A stretch of 64,000 nt of DNA from NCBI GenBank assembly GCA_977017575.1, contig CDRNVI010000039.1, positions 1 to 64,000 on the forward strand, read 5' to 3'. Position numbers and translations under genes: made by a program. The DNA is from Paramoeba atlantica (taxonomy: Eukaryota > Protista > Discosea). Shown here piece after piece: positions 63,013 through 64,000 of this stretch (position 1 is the stretch's first letter; each line of letters opens with the position of its first letter). The notes below the pieces were generated by a model. It saw only the letters and a list, made by a program, of their open reading frames with translations, was not told the DNA's origin and did no database searches.

Positions 63013-63903
63013 ATGTCTCGGCTAGCGAGACTCGACGATGCCCAAGAGCCTCCGTTAAAAAGACGTCGGAGTTCCAGCCCTACGACCGATTCCTTTTCGT
63101 CGTTGCAACCGACTGGAGTGCAAGCCCGAAAATCCTATGGTGCTAAAGTACGTGGCACAGTGATGCCACAAGAATATGAGCTTGAAAAACTCTTGGAGAG
63201 GATCACTTCGAGGAGTGATTCATGGAACGTTTCAAATCACGCGTGTGATTGGTCAGGTATGACATGTAACGAAGAAAGGGAAGTTACCGTAATCGATTGG
63301 ACGTGCTGTGGGCTAGGAGGTCCTCTAAATTGGGCGCACCTTCCTTCAACTCTTAAAGAGATGTATGCATGCGGTGATGACATAGAAGGAGACCTTCCAC
63401 TCGAAGAACTTCCAAACCACCTGGAGGTTCTTTCGCTTTTCGATAATTATCTTCGCGGAGAGCTAGATTTCAGCCAGCTACCAAAGACAATGAAACAGCT
63501 GTTTTTAAATCGCAACGAATTTGAGGGTCATGTAGACTTGACGTGCTTGCCTACGACTTTGCTATACTTAGAGCTCCAACAGAACACTTTATGTGGAGAG
63601 GTACGATTGGATAAATTGCCAGAGGGGTTACAAGGTCTTAATCTCGGAGAAAACGAATTTTCTGGGACACTTGACCTCGAACACTTGCCAACCACATTAG
63701 AAGAGCTCCGTCTTGACCATAACGAATTTGAGGGAACCGTGGACTTGAGTGAACTGCCGGACACATTGTCGAAATTAGACCTTTCAGGAAATACTGATTT
63801 AACAGGATATGTTTATGGTCCCCGTCTGCCCCGACGTCTGGGTCGTAAATCTTTTTCTACACGTGGCACAAAAATTGAAATACAGGGTATGAGAAGATAT
63901 TAA
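63013..63903 (+). CDS. LRR protein (family) with NLS-like PPLKRRR
   Basis: AKVRGTVMPQEYEL, ACDWSGMTC, LRRs. Confidence 0.9.
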   Translation: MSRLARLDDAQEPPLKRRRSSSPTTDSFSSLQPTGVQARKSYGAKVRGTVMPQEYELEKLLERITSRSDSWNVSNHACDWSGMTCNEEREVTVIDWTCCGLGGPLNWAHLPSTLKEMYACGDDIEGDLPLEELPNHLEVLSLFDNYLRGELDFSQLPKTMKQLFLNRNEFEGHVDLTCLPTTLLYLELQQNTLCGEVRLDKLPEGLQGLNLGENEFSGTLDLEHLPTTLEELRLDHNEFEGTVDLSELPDTLSKLDLSGNTDLTGYVYGPRLPRRLGRKSFSTRGTKIEIQGMRRY

Positions 63904-64000
63904 TAGTTAAAGGTTACTGTAGTTCCGCATACAAGGTCGGCGTATACGACTCATGTGCAGCGAAATTTATATCTAAAGTGAAAAATGTAGAATACTTCGT

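Larger units (their letters stand above)
20489..63903 (+). other. Directional (polycistronic-type) gene cluster
   Basis: All host genes from RPL23A to the window end are intronless and on +; the only - strand ORF with a recognisable product is the Tc1 transposase. Confidence 0.8.

Overview
Eukaryotic nuclear DNA, very probably from a kinetoplastid (Euglenozoa). Evidence: intronless genes all on one strand, an RBP16-type cold-shock/RGG protein, a kinetoplastid-style PPR protein, two spliced-leader-like sequences and a VIPER/TATE-type retroelement. The expanded short LRR family resembles that of Perkinsela-like Prokinetoplastina, but this is inference only. The window has two compartments. (1) About 1-20.4 kb is a nested transposon cluster. 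It holds three diverged Tc1-like transposases that all have DD32E spacing, TA-flanked MITEs, a hairpin-ended repeat and a non-LTR RT fragment. It also holds a tyrosine-recombinase (YR)+RT+RNase H retrotransposon that reassembles in frame once two younger insertions are removed, a perfect (TATC)~88 tract, and one isolated questin-oxidase-like gene. (2) About 20.5-64 kb is a + strand polycistronic-type cluster: RPL23A, 2x RBP16, PPR, atypical HSP70, APC2, two mitochondrial carriers, MBL-SAM, an APLF-like PBZ protein, NOC4, an ORC1/CDC6-family protein and SPP. It is interleaved with 12 members of one LRR family and contains an intact DD34E Tc1. Best leads: (a) recurrent pyrimidine-to-purine (C-to-G) skew-flip islands inside coding genes; (b) a Pol III-like locus at 56.5-57.6 kb with tRNA-like A/B boxes, a ~550-nt hairpin-dense region and an antisense spliced-leader motif; (c) the reconstructed YR retrotransposon; (d) the DD32E family; (e) the LRR family with a shared N-terminal motif. 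Several frameshifts are single-base losses in homopolymers and may be assembly errors. All protein calls come from motif recognition by eye; no searches were run.
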